Source: Octopus vulgaris (Eukaryota). Taken from it: 64,000 bases of DNA. Below are positions 29,522-42,002 of the stretch, piece by piece (within the stretch, counting starts at the first letter, position 1; every line of letters starts with the position of its first letter). The position numbers were made by a program, and so were the translations under genes. The DNA is taken from contig OX597837.1 in the NCBI GenBank assembly GCA_951406725.2, forward strand, positions 558,001-622,000. The letters run 5' to 3'. Under the pieces are notes generated by a model. The model did no database searches, had not been told where the DNA came from, and saw only the letters and a list, made by a program, of their open reading frames with translations.

Positions 29522-31189
29522 TTATAGTATTAAAATGATTGTGAAAGTTCCCGAGATTTGTTGGAGATTTGCCTGCTATTTCTAGCAGGCCGAGCGTCGA
29601 CATTGAGAATCTCTGTTTGGTTCTAAACCAAAATTACTTCCTCATTTATATTAATATTCTTTTTTTTTTTTGTGGTGGTAGTCGTGGCTGGAGATATCTT
29701 TAGATCTACCATTATTTCATATGGAATCCTTTCATAATTCTGTAATTGTTATTTTGTAATAATTCTTGATTTCAAATAGTTTACTCTCTCTCTCTCTCAC
29801 CCTCCTCCCTTTCTCCCTCTGTCTCTCTCCTTCTGTCTTTCTATCTCCTCACAACTCACTTTCTCTCTCTCTTTTTCTGTCTCTTTCGCCCTCTTCCCGT
29901 CTTGTACGCTTTCATAATTTCTCCCTCTCTTCCTACTCTCTATATCTCTATCCCATTACTCTCACTCTCTTTCTCCCTCTTTCCGCCATCTCTCCCTCTT
30001 TCCCTCTCACATATTATCTCCCTTTCTCTCCACTCCTCCAATCACTCTCCCCTAAATCACTCTCCCCTAAATCACTCTCTCTTCTTATTTCGCCCCTCAC
30101 ACACCCTCTCTTCCTATAAATATCCTATATACATATCTCTCTTTACCTCTCCCCCATCGGATTCCCCCTATCTTTCTATTACTCTCCTATCCCTATATTT
30201 CTCCACCACCCTCCATACATACTACCAATGTCACCTTACTCTCCATATGCCTTCCATCTCTCCTAAATCCTCTCCCAAGTCTCCATGTCTCTCCAGACTA
30301 TGGCTGTTGTCTATTTAAACTCATTTAATTTTCAATTTATTACATTCAGACTAAAAGCTAATTACTGCAACACTAAGCCACGAATTTTGCAGTTTATATT
30401 TCGGTGGTGGTGAGTAGCCATGCCTGGAGTTGGGGGATGAGTGCATCTATATAGGTATATATGTGTACACATACATCTGTCTGACTAGATGTATATATAT
30501 ATATATATATATATATAGGCTTGCGTGTGAATATCTATGAGTGTATTAATGTAACAAGTGTATGTGTGCGTGTATGTATATATGCTTGTGTGTATGTATA
30601 TATATATGTATGTGTGTGTATATATATGTTTGTGTGTATGTATATATATATGTATGTATGTGTATATATATGTTTGCGTGTATATATATGTATATATATA
30701 TGTGTGTTTGTGTGTGTGTGATTCTGTGAGTGTACACGTGTTCGTTTGTTTTTCTCCCTAAGGTTGTTAATCTGATTGTGATAGCTGACTCGCCATTTCT
30801 ACCCAAATTTACGTTCTTGGTTCAAATACCGCCCACGTCGACTTGTCATTCTTTCGGGGCCAGTAAAATAAGGATCAGTTTTGAGCTGGCGGGTCAACCT
30901 AATCGACATAAGCCCGTTCCTCTAAAATTGCCGGCCTTGTGACAAAAAATGAAAACTATTAAAGGCCGTGATCTGGCAGAATTGTTAATGTGTCAGGCAA
31001 AATGCGTAATAACATTTCTTCCGGCTGTTTGTTCAAATTCTGTTGAGATCAGTTTTATCTTCCTTCTTTTCAGTCAATAAGGTATAGTAACAGTAAAATA
31101 CTCGGGTCAATATCATTGACAAGCGCCTTCCCCTACAATTCCGTGTCTCATACCGATATTACAAAGAATTATTATCGTTATTATCAGTT

Positions 31190-31742
31190 GGTGAAAGCTC
31201 TGTTTATTTTGCTGGGTATGATGGAAAGTGTCAGCTGTCCACAGCCAGCAGACTAATTTACAATTATTTACTGGCCATGAAAGAACCATGCGAAGAATTC
31301 TTGCAGCTGCAAGCAATGCTGATTTGTACCAATCCTTTTGAGCCATGTTGGTAGCTGAGTACTGATACTTTCCAAGTGCGCCAATTGCCATTGGTACCAC
31401 GTCTACTCTCCTCATTGACTACAACCTTCGTATTTCTCACTTTAAATCGTCGTAGTTGTTCGGTTTTCCATCTTCTTTCTCTTTGAGCCTTTTGTCAACG
31501 GGACATGCTATGTCGCTTATCATACAAGTTCTTTCTTTATTATTCACTGCAAGACTGTCTGGTTTCCGATTTCTAGTCAGGTGACCGCAATGAATCATTG
31601 TTCCCCACAGGATTTTGCAAGTCATAGGACGTCTTTGCTGTTTGTAGGCCGTGGTTTCCACATCGCTCCCAATGGATCATTCTTGCCATACTTGCCGCGT
31701 TGTCTTTTGTAACCGCGTTGTGCCAATTTCAGCAGCGCTCTC
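31190..31742 (-). mobile_element. Dong/R4-type non-LTR retrotransposon 3' fragment (restriction-like endonuclease)
   Basis: KILWGTMIHCGHLTRNRKPD..VNNKERTCMISDIACP.D....KE..K...YDDLK, VVPMAIGALG and ARILRMVL; (taa)-like tail. Confidence 0.85.
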
Positions 31743-31879
31743 GGGGTGAGTGGGAGTGAGATGAGGGACGATGAGGTAATAAAGAAACAAACTATACAAT
31801 ATATGTGAATAAATGCATGATACGATGCTAGTGATAGTCCAACAGGGGTAAAAAGGGAACCCTGAGAATATGTGTGTGT

Positions 31880-32250
31880 GTGCTTGTGGTAGTATGGTAA
31901 GAAGCTTGACTCCCAACCAGATGGTACCGGGTTCAGTTCAGTCCCACTGCGCCGCACCTTGGGCGAGTGTCTTCTTCTACAGGCTCGTGCCGATCTAAGC
32001 CTTGTGATTGGATTTGGTAGACGGAATGTATGTACATATGTGTGAGTGTGCTTGTGTCTCTATTTGTCCCCGACCTCTTGATAACAAGTGTTGATGTATT
32101 TACGTCCCTGTAACTTAGCGGTTCGCCTTAAGAGGCCGATACGCTAAGAACCAGGCTTAAAAATAACCCTCCACAAAAAAACTAAGTAAATTCCTTCAAG
32201 GTGGTGCCCCAGCATGGCCACATTCTAGAGACTGAAAAAAGTAAAAGAAA
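31880..32250 (+). mobile_element. tRNA-derived SINE
   Basis: Similar along its full length to the 17644/18982 SINE. Confidence 0.8.
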
Positions 32251-32342
32251 CATATACGTACATATATATATATGTGTGTGTGTATATGTGCATAAACACA
32301 CGTACATACATATGTGTTTGTGTATACGTACAGATGTTTTTA

Positions 32343-32392
<50 letters not shown>

Positions 32393-32410
32393 AATAATCT
32401 ATCTATCTAA

Positions 32411-32443
<33 letters not shown>

Positions 32444-33162
32444 TATGTGTGTGTAAAACGGTTGCCGTTTCTCTTCCCCGACGCCATCGAATTAACACGA
32501 ATCGAGTTAGACTCAGGTGTTAAACTTGGCAACTAATGGAATGAATGAAATTTACCAAAAGTTTGAGTTTGTGAAGACATATTGTTTTGTGGCGAACACA
32601 GAAGAGAGGAACTGAGAAGCGAATAAAGATTAATAACAGCGGTGGGGGGAAGGGGCGGTGGATGGAGGGGATGGACAGAAAAAACCGTAAATTGAATAAT
32701 AAGTGGGGAACATATTTCAAAAATGAAGAAAGAGGAATGAAATTTAACAAAAATAAACAATAAAAGTGAACAGCTAGGAGAGAAATGCGCGCGTGTTTTC
32801 TCATATATGTGTGAGGAATTCTGAATGCGTGTATGTGTGTAAGTATATGTGTGGGAGTGTATGTGCACATGTGTGTGTGTTTATGCGTGGAGTGTTGTGT
32901 GATTCTATGTATATTGTATATATGTGTGTGTATGGGGGAGGAGTCTTGTTATATGGATGTGTGTGTGTGAGAGAGAGAGAAAACGTGTGTGTTAGAGCAT
33001 GCTTGTTTGTGTACGTATATGTGTGTAATGTTTGTCTTGTATGTGTGCGTGTGAGAGAGACTGTGAGTGTATATGCGCATTTGTTCACGTATGCGTGTGT
33101 ATGAGATAGTGAATGTGTGTTTGTATGTGTGAGTGTATGTGTACAGGCGCATGTGCGAGTCA

Positions 33163-33194
<32 letters not shown>

Positions 33195-33974
33195 ATGTGT
33201 ATGAGTGGGCGTGTGTGTGAGTGTGTTTATGGATTCGTGTGAGTGTTTGTGTGTGTGTGTTTGTATGTGTGTATGTTTATGGTTGGGGTGGTATTGCGTC
33301 ATGTTTGCTGGTGTGAAATTCATGAATGTGATCAAAGAGAAGAAATTGATGAGAGAGTAGGAGAGTGGATGGGGACGAAGAGACGGAGAGGTAGAGAGGG
33401 AGAGAGAGCGAAAGAGGGAGAGAAGGGGCAGGGAGAGGCTGGAAGAAGAGGATCGATGCACAGTCAGAAAGAAAGATAGAATATAAACCAGAAAGAGAGG
33501 GAGAGTGGGGAGTGTTAAATAGATATATAAATAAGGAGAGAGAGAAGAGAGGGAGAGGTAGAGAGGCTGACTGTTTTGTGAGTATGGATGTAGAGAGAAG
33601 GAGATAAAGAGAGAGTGAGAAAGGGACGACAAGGAGTGAGATACATAGGAGAGAGAGAGAGAGAGAGAGGGAGGGGGATATGGCCAGCCATATTTTACTC
33701 TTTCTCCATTAAATATGTACATACACAATTAAGGAAAGATAAATAGATAAAGGGAGACAACTGTAAATATATTATGGGATGTTTGGTCCGTTTGTTTTAC
33801 TTTGTTATGGTACACACACCTCCCCACCCACCCTTCTCTCTCTCTCTCTTCACATACAAACACGAACTCAGAAATACCTCCTCCCGGCAAATCAAAAATC
33901 GACAATAGAGAAAATGTTGTTTGAAAGAGGCCGATTCGATTTCGATACACACACAAACACTCACAATGGTGTGT

Positions 33975-34011
<37 letters not shown>

Positions 34012-34233
34012 CATATGCAGATGTGTGTGGTCGTGGGGGGGTGCGTATGTGAGTGTATGTATATTGTGTACATGAAGTACAAAGCGAACCCTTTAATCGT
34101 GTTATCACTTTTGCTTTTCCTGTATTGAGTAAAAAAAACCCTTGATGTATTAAATTTATCGAATTATACATGCAATATATGTGTGAGTGTATATGTCTAT
34201 ATAAATAGCGAGGTTTTAGAACTAGCATTTTTG

Positions 34234-34280
<47 letters not shown>

Positions 34281-34466
34281 ATGTATGTATATGTATGTGT
34301 ATGTATGTATGTGTGTATGTGTATGTATGTATATATGTATATATATATGTGTATATATATGTATATATATATATGTATATGCATATATGTATATATATAT
34401 GCATGTATATATATGTATATATGTATATATATATATATGTGTATATATATATATGTATATATATTA

Positions 34467-34880
34467 TGTCAGGTCTCCGCTTGGAGCTACTGGTAACATG
34501 TAATCTAGTACAACCTGTTACATGGTCGGGTCGTTGGCGAATAAACTGGCAACCCCACCAAGATTTCTTGGTGAGGAGGGTGATTTGGACACCCAGCAGG
34601 ACTAAAAACAAAACCTGTCAAAGGGCAGAGGAACTCTCTCATGAGTCAATGGCCATCCAAAAACCTACGTAAATCCGGAGTGGAGCCCCTAAGGCGGTTG
34701 GATTGCGCCATGCATGCCACCTTCCGGCAGCTCCTGCATCCTGGTCTACCCCCAGCCGTCTTGACTTTGTCTTGCAACTGGATCCGGCGCACCAGGACGA
34801 GAGAGTGAGGCTGATCCTGCGCAAGTCACCCTCACTATAATCCAAGTCACACGCATGTCATGACATGACACCAACATCAC
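34467..34880 (+). mobile_element. Second RTE-5'-UTR-like repeat
   Basis: Shares its 5' 190 bp or so with 26905 and then diverges. Confidence 0.5.
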
Positions 34881-34889
34881 AAAGTCCTG

Positions 34890-34949
<60 letters not shown>

Positions 34950-34955
<6 letters not shown>

Positions 34956-36060
34956 AAAAAGGGACAGGCAACAGGTTGCTTGACCGCATACCGAAAAAAA
35001 TAGAAATAGCAGTCAAGAATGCTTATTTCTATCAAAGTTGGACTCCGGGCACGACAAACCCTGTAATTCACATATGCAAAACAGAAGGAATAGATAACGA
35101 AAACGAAGTCTGGTGGTTATCTGTGAACATCATGTTTCTGGATTATTCCTTCTGTTTTGCATATGTGAATTACAGGGTTTGTCGTGCCCGGAGTCCAACT
35201 TTGATAGAAATAAGCATTCTTGACTGCTATTTCTATTTTTTTCGGTATGCGGTCAAGCAACCTGTTGCCTGTCCCTTTTTCTTATATACAATATATATAC
35301 TGAACTTTACAGAAGTTCCTGCCGGTAATCGGCTATATTTACATACCGAATTCTACCAGTAAATAATTGGGGTTTTTTAAAAGCCTTTATAGAAATTATT
35401 TACTCTTATTATTATATTACTATTTGGATTTTTCACTCCCTTATGACAACCCAATAGTTCCTAATCATTTGGAACTACTTTTGTAATGCGCATGGCAAAA
35501 TTTGGGAGGGAAGATTTACGAATTCAAACGTCTATGTAGGTTTAGCTTTTGCTCACTTTCTTCAAATATTTTGATGTCGCATGGTCAGAAGGTTTGAGGT
35601 ACGTAGCATTTGATAAATCTATGATAAATCTTTTTCAATGGAAAGCTGTGCTGAAGAAGGATGTGAAATATATATGCAATGTATATGAAATATATATCAA
35701 AAATATATATGAAATATATATTCAATATGTTTATAATTCAGAAACATGATGTTCACAGATAACCACCAGACTTCGTTTTCGTTATCTATTCCTTCTGTTT
35801 TGCATATGTGAATTACAGGGTTTGTCGTGCCCGGAGTCCAACTTTGATAGAAATAAGCATTCTTGACTGCTATTTCTATTTTTTTCGGTATGCGGTCAAG
35901 CAACCTGTTGCCTGTCCCTTTTTCTTATATACAATATATATACTGAACTTTACAGAAGTTCCTGCCGGTAATCGGCTATATTTACATACCGAATTCTACC
36001 AGTAAATAATTGGGGTTTTTTTAAAAGCCTTTATAGAAATTATTTACTCTTATTATTATT
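34950..36060 (+). mobile_element. Non-coding element with a 643-bp tandem unit, a 5' inverted copy and a hammerhead (PLE-derived or retrozyme-like)
   Basis: Direct repeats at 35144-35415 and 35787-36058 (period 643); inverted copy at 34950-35140; (TA)n flanks. Confidence 0.8.
35646..35758 (+). ncRNA. Hammerhead ribozyme with a long AT-rich stem II
   Basis: ctgtg-CTGAAGA-a ggat...attc a-GAAA-catgatg-TT-cacag: 5-bp stem I, stem III aca/tgt, GUU site. Confidence 0.65.
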
Positions 36061-36475
36061 ATATATATATATATATATATATATGTGTATAAATATATAT
36101 CTGTATATATATGTGTGTATATATATATGTGTGTATATATATATGTGTATATATATATGTGTATATATATATGTGTATATATATATGTATGTATATATAT
36201 ATATGTGCATATATATATGTATGTATATATATATGTATGCATATATATATGTATGCATATAGATATGTATGCATATATATATGTATGTATATATATGTAT
36301 ATATATATATGTATATATATACATATATATATGTATGTATATATATATGTATGTATGTATGTATGTATATATGTATGTATGTATATATGTATGTATGTAT
36401 ATATATATAAGTATGTATAAATATGTATGTATGTATATATATATATATATATGTATGTATATATATATATGTATG

Positions 36476-36508
<33 letters not shown>

Positions 36509-36509
36509 G

Positions 36510-36554
<45 letters not shown>

Positions 36555-36817
36555 GTATATATATAAATATATATATATATGTATGTATATTTATATGTAT
36601 ATATATATATATATATGTATATACATATGTGTGTGTGTATGTATATGTATTTACATGTGTACTTATATTAACACACACATATATACAGACCAACACATTT
36701 CTATGGATATGTGCTTTTTCTTCTCGTACTTCGTTGCCTCTACCAGTCATTGGACAGCACTCGTGCTCGTTTCTACTTTTAAACGGTTTATTCCATGAAA
36801 TCGGCTCCATTATTCTC

Positions 36818-37141
36818 ATTATTATTCTGATTATTTATTTATTATTATTATTCTCATTATTATTATGTTTGACTTTTGCTTTGCATTTGTATAAATTGGC
36901 TTCAAGTCTCACCCAGAGACCTCAAGAGACAACAAGTTAGAATTTCATGTTGGTGTTATGCCTAGGGTGTAATATATTTCGTTTTGTACATAGTGTTGTT
37001 CTAGAGAATGTTTAAGAAACCATAAGAAAAATTATGTGTTTGTTTTTAAATTTGAGATTACATAGACAATATTCTACGTAGGATATGAGCAGTTCCCATG
37101 AGCACTATCTTCTGAATTTCTGCCATCTTGGGGTTTTCCTG

Positions 37142-37145
<4 letters not shown>
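36818..37145 (-). mobile_element. Dong/R4-type LINE extreme 3' end between (TAA)n tracts
   Basis: Minus strand reads MAEIQKIVLMGTAHILRRILSM*, then a 3' UTR and a (taa)n tail. Confidence 0.75.
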
Positions 37146-37180
<35 letters not shown>

Positions 37181-37274
37181 GTATTTCAAGATTGATATTA
37201 TTGTATCGATGTTGTTTAGGTAAACTTCAAAATTCTCATCTCACACACACACACACACGATATTTATTTTTAAT

Positions 37275-37640
37275 AATAGAATTGAGGATAAAATCACGTC
37301 AATGATTATATCTAGTCAGCATGAAATAAAATCTTGAAGTTAATTTATATACTCAATTAATATTTATATATACAATGTTAAAGGGATAAGGAAAAAAGCC
37401 TCCAACGTGCTGAAAATAGACGCCAGAGGCACTAAAAGAATTACCATATACCTCCAGCAAACACATATTGTAAGCGGGAAAAAGAAAAATACTAAATAAA
37501 GACTGTAAAGTTTTATTTAGTATTTTTCATTTGCCCGCTTACAACATGTGTTTGTTGGAGGTATATGGTAATTCTTTTAGTGCCTCTGGCGTCTATTTTC
37601 AGCACGTTGGAAGTTTTTTTTTCCGGATCCCTTTAATATA
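37275..37640. repeat. Foldback element
   Basis: Inverted arms at about 37378-37503 and 37510-37636 with scattered mismatches. Confidence 0.85.
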
Positions 37641-37948
37641 ACTATTCACACATACATACATACATACATACATACATACATACATACATACATGCATATA
37701 TGTTGAATCGTTTGTGTAGCTATTATGTTCTAATGATCTAATTTGCTGGATTTCTCTATTTGCATTGATTTGGGAATAGAGAACAATATTGTACAATGAA
37801 TAGCATGCAGATTAATGTAAACATGAAAACATATATACATATGTACACACACACACACATACACATATATATATATTTCAAAATGTAACCACACGTGAAT
37901 AGTTAGCGATTTTCTTCTTCCGTTTTCCTTTCTATTTCACATTCCTCC

Positions 37949-37983
37949 GTTTCTGAAGAAGAGCCTTGCTCGAAACGTTAAAC
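37949..37983 (+). ncRNA. Minimal type I hammerhead (35 nt) in a short repeat at about 37880-38070
   Basis: gttt-CTGAAGA-a gagc ctt gctc-GAAA-cg-TT-aaac; stem III is reduced to the ACGT palindrome. Confidence 0.75.
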
Positions 37984-38074
37984 CATCTTGCTTCCCTGAG
38001 CGTCTGCTGCTAATACTTTACATGTATCATGTCCTCGCGTTGTTGTGTTTTTGTTCTTCTTTTTGGGATTCATA

Positions 38075-38113
<39 letters not shown>

Positions 38114-38679
38114 GCGTACAATTCCGATGATCAGGAATTTCTCGTGTGCAGCGTTCAGTTTGCCGCACCTGCTTCCCTCGAGTTATTTATCTTAGATATT
38201 TAAATGAAATCTTAATCATACAAGTTATCTTTAAAACGAAAACATGTCTAAATACTTTTTCAAAATGTAAAATGTAATTTCTGACGTGCGATCAAGTTAT
38301 GACTGTATTGTTATGACGAGGCATAACAGAGCAAAAACATATGTCCATAATTTCAACCTCTCTAAGAACCTCTGTCTAAGCATGTAAATCACCACGAGGA
38401 TTTCTTTGCGTAAAATTATCTTTCTTTCTCTTTGATAGTCACTTAAATTTGCCGCTAGGTTTACAGTTTTACGACGGGGAGAACCTAAAAATACTGCAGT
38501 AAGCGATATTCACCGGTGCCAAGATTTAACCTTATTATATAACTTCTTGGCCACGGTTGTTTTGGTTATCTTCCTTAGATCCTTTTACTATTGAAATTAC
38601 GGTGAGAAATGCTTGCGGCTGTGGTGACCAAACACGCAGCATCACAGCAGACACACATCAAGGAGCACGAAGCAATAAC

Positions 38680-38785
38680 TATACGACAGAAGAGGGTGCT
38701 TCCAGAGGGTGAGCTGATTCGCGACCTCCTCCTCCAACCTTCACTTCCCAACTGGTGCACGTGCGGGCAGCTGAAGACCTGGGCA
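38680..38785 (+). mobile_element. RTE-type LINE 3' fragment, first half (split by a Helitron)
   Basis: PEGELIRDLLLQPSLPNW..GQLKTWA, continuing in frame at 46267. Confidence 0.75.
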
Positions 38786-39042
38786 TCTATATATATATAA
38801 AACTGAGAATGTGTGTCTGTCTGTCTGTCTGACTGTGTGACTCCCCAAAACTTGAGAACTACACAACCAATTTCATTCAAATTTTACACATGTCTTACTT
38901 AGGGTCCATGTTGTGTCATGGGCAAAAAAAAATGCTTAACTTCTTGCCTGGGGCGAGCCCACAGCAATATCATATATTCTCCACTATTTCAGTATTACGT
39001 GTTAAAATTGAAACAAAAACATCTCTGTATTGTATGTATATG

Positions 39043-39091
<49 letters not shown>

Positions 39092-39094
39092 ATA

Positions 39095-39483
39095 AATATT
39101 AGGGAATAAATCCAAATTTACAGGGAAAAAATCAGATTTAGGATTAAATCCAATTTTATAGTAAAATATTATAAAATATTATTAGAGACAAAACCACTAT
39201 TTTGCAAAACAAACAAGGAAAGACTTAATCAATACATAAAATTTTAATAAATAGTAAAAAACCGCCACTACAATCGTTTCCTTGATCGACAATCTTCAGG
39301 TGGACTTCAATAAGTCAGTTTCAAATTATTTGAAACTGACTTATTGAAGTCCACCTGAAGATTGTCGATCAAGACAAGAAACGATTGTAGTGGCGGTTTT
39401 TTTTACTATTTATTAAAATTTTATGTATTGATTAAGTCTTTCCTTGTTTGTTTTGCAAAATAGTGGTTTTGTCTCTAATAATA

Positions 39484-39488
<5 letters not shown>
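39095..39488. repeat. Foldback element with a hammerhead
   Basis: Arms at about 39173-39325 and 39328-39487; (TA)n flanks. Confidence 0.88.
39351..39393 (+). ncRNA. Type I hammerhead ribozyme
   Basis: ccac-CTGAAGA-ttgtc gatcaa gacaa-GAAA-c gatt g-TA-gtgg; GUA site. Confidence 0.8.
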
Positions 39489-39536
<48 letters not shown>

Positions 39537-39779
39537 AACAATTAAGGACAACTTCTTAATAAGGAATCTTAACAAGAAATTATCATGTAGATAGCGTGAA
39601 AAACCTCGTAAGAGAAAAATTTCGAAAATAATTCTTTCTTATTGAACATATTAATTTATATATAGAGGGCATTATTACACATACATGCCACACGCTAAGA
39701 GGGACATTAGTCATTTCTACCAAAAAATTTTACTAATCATACCCAATGCAATTTTTCCAAAGCAAGACATTTAAAAAAT

Positions 39780-39852
39780 GAATTTAGTCTTGTATCACCT
39801 GTGATTTCGTACTTATCGCAGATTCGACCGTACTCATCAGCAAGACTGATTC
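39780..39852 (-). ncRNA. Canonical type I hammerhead ribozyme
   Basis: agtcttg-CTGATGA-gtac[17 nt]gtac-GAAA-tca cagg tga-TA-caagact, plus an extra distal gaat/attc helix. Confidence 0.88.
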
Positions 39853-40509
39853 TGAACATATCATAAATAAACGAACCTGTACCGTCAAAGCCGAGCAGCT
39901 ATCTGTTCAACCCCAACGACGCACATGGGGAAGTTTACATATAATACATCCGGTAAATGGCAGGCTTCTTCGAATTGCATTTCGGGTAGGAAAAGTTTTT
40001 TCGGAATAAAATTATTTAACAATTAAGGATAACTTCTTAATAAGGAATCTTAACAAGAAATTATCAGGTAGATAGCGTGAAAAATCTCATAAGAGAAAAA
40101 TTTCGAAAATAATTCTTTCTTATTGAACATATTAATTTATATATAGAGGGCATTATTACACATACATGCCACACGCTAAGAGGGACATTAGTCATTTCTA
40201 CCAAAAAATTTTACTAATCATACCCAATGCAATTTTTCCAAAGCAAGACATTTAAAAAATGAATTTAGTCTTGTATCACCTGTGATTTCGTACTTATCGC
40301 AGATTTGACCGTATGATTAGTAAAATTTTTTGGTAGAAATGACTAATGTCCCTCTTTAGGAAAAAACTTTTTCTACCCGAAATGCAATTCGAAGAAGCCT
40401 GCCATTTACCGGATGTATTATATGTAAACTTCCCCATGTGCGTCGTTGGGGTTGAACAGATAGCTGCTCGGCTTTGACGGTACAGGTTCGTTTATTTATG
40501 ATATGTTCA

Positions 40510-40582
40510 GAATCAGTCTTGCTGATGAGTACGGTCGAATCTGCGATAAGTACGAAATCACAGGTGATACAAGACTAAATTC
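40510..40582 (+). ncRNA. Canonical type I hammerhead ribozyme (inverted copy)
   Basis: Same sequence as 39780-39852; CTGATGA at 40522-40528, GAAA at 40554-40557. Confidence 0.88.
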
Positions 40583-40697
40583 ATTTTTTAAATGTCTTGC
40601 TTTGGAAAAATTGCATTGGGTATGATTAGTAAAATTTTTTGGTAGAAATGACTAATGTCCCTCTTAGCGTGTGGCATGTATGTGTAATAATGCCCTC

Positions 40698-40748
<51 letters not shown>

Positions 40749-40755
40749 ATATATG

Positions 40756-40795
<40 letters not shown>

Positions 40796-40807
40796 CATAT
40801 ATGGATG

Positions 40808-40851
<44 letters not shown>

Positions 40852-40959
40852 ACATATACATATACATACATATATATATATATACATATATATCTACATA
40901 TACATATATATATATATATATATACATATATTTCTACATATATATATATATCTACATAT

Positions 40960-40990
<31 letters not shown>

Positions 40991-41402
40991 CATATATATC
41001 TACATATACATATATATCTACATATACAAATATATATACATATATATCTACATATACATATATATCTACATATACATATATATATATATACATATATATC
41101 TACATATACATATATATATATATATATATACATATATTTCTACATATATATATATATCTACATATACACACACATATATATATATATATACACATATATA
41201 TCTACATATACATATATATCTACATATACAAATATATATACATATATATCTACATATACATATATATCTATATATACATATATATATATACATATATATC
41301 TACATATACATATATATATACATATATATCTACATATACATATATATACATATATATCTACATATACATATATATATATATATACATATATATCTACATA
41401 TA

Positions 41403-41444
<42 letters not shown>

Positions 41445-41579
41445 CATACCTATATATTTATATATACATATATATATACATACCTATATATTTATATATA
41501 CATATATATATACATACCTATATATATATATACATACCATATATATATATATACATATATATATACATACCTATATATA

Positions 41580-41671
<92 letters not shown>

Positions 41672-41764
41672 TACATACATATATATATATATACATATAT
41701 ACATATATATATATATATACAAACACATACATATATATATATATACATACATACATATATATAT

Positions 41765-41817
<53 letters not shown>

Positions 41818-41823
41818 CATACA

Positions 41824-41860
<37 letters not shown>

Positions 41861-41869
41861 CATACATAC

Positions 41870-41904
<35 letters not shown>

Positions 41905-42002
41905 CATACATATATATATATATATAATGTGTGTGTGTGTGTGTGTGTATGGATTTCGTAGACAGGAACTGAAACAAATCAATCGTATATATATGTAAGT
42001 GT

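Larger units (their letters stand above)
39533..40708 (-). mobile_element. Retrozyme-like non-coding element: about 1.6 tandem copies of a 481-bp unit plus an inverted copy
   Basis: atttaacaattaagga at 39533 and 40014; HHR 3' strand at 39780 and 40261 (period 481); 40311-40708 is inverted. Confidence 0.85.
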
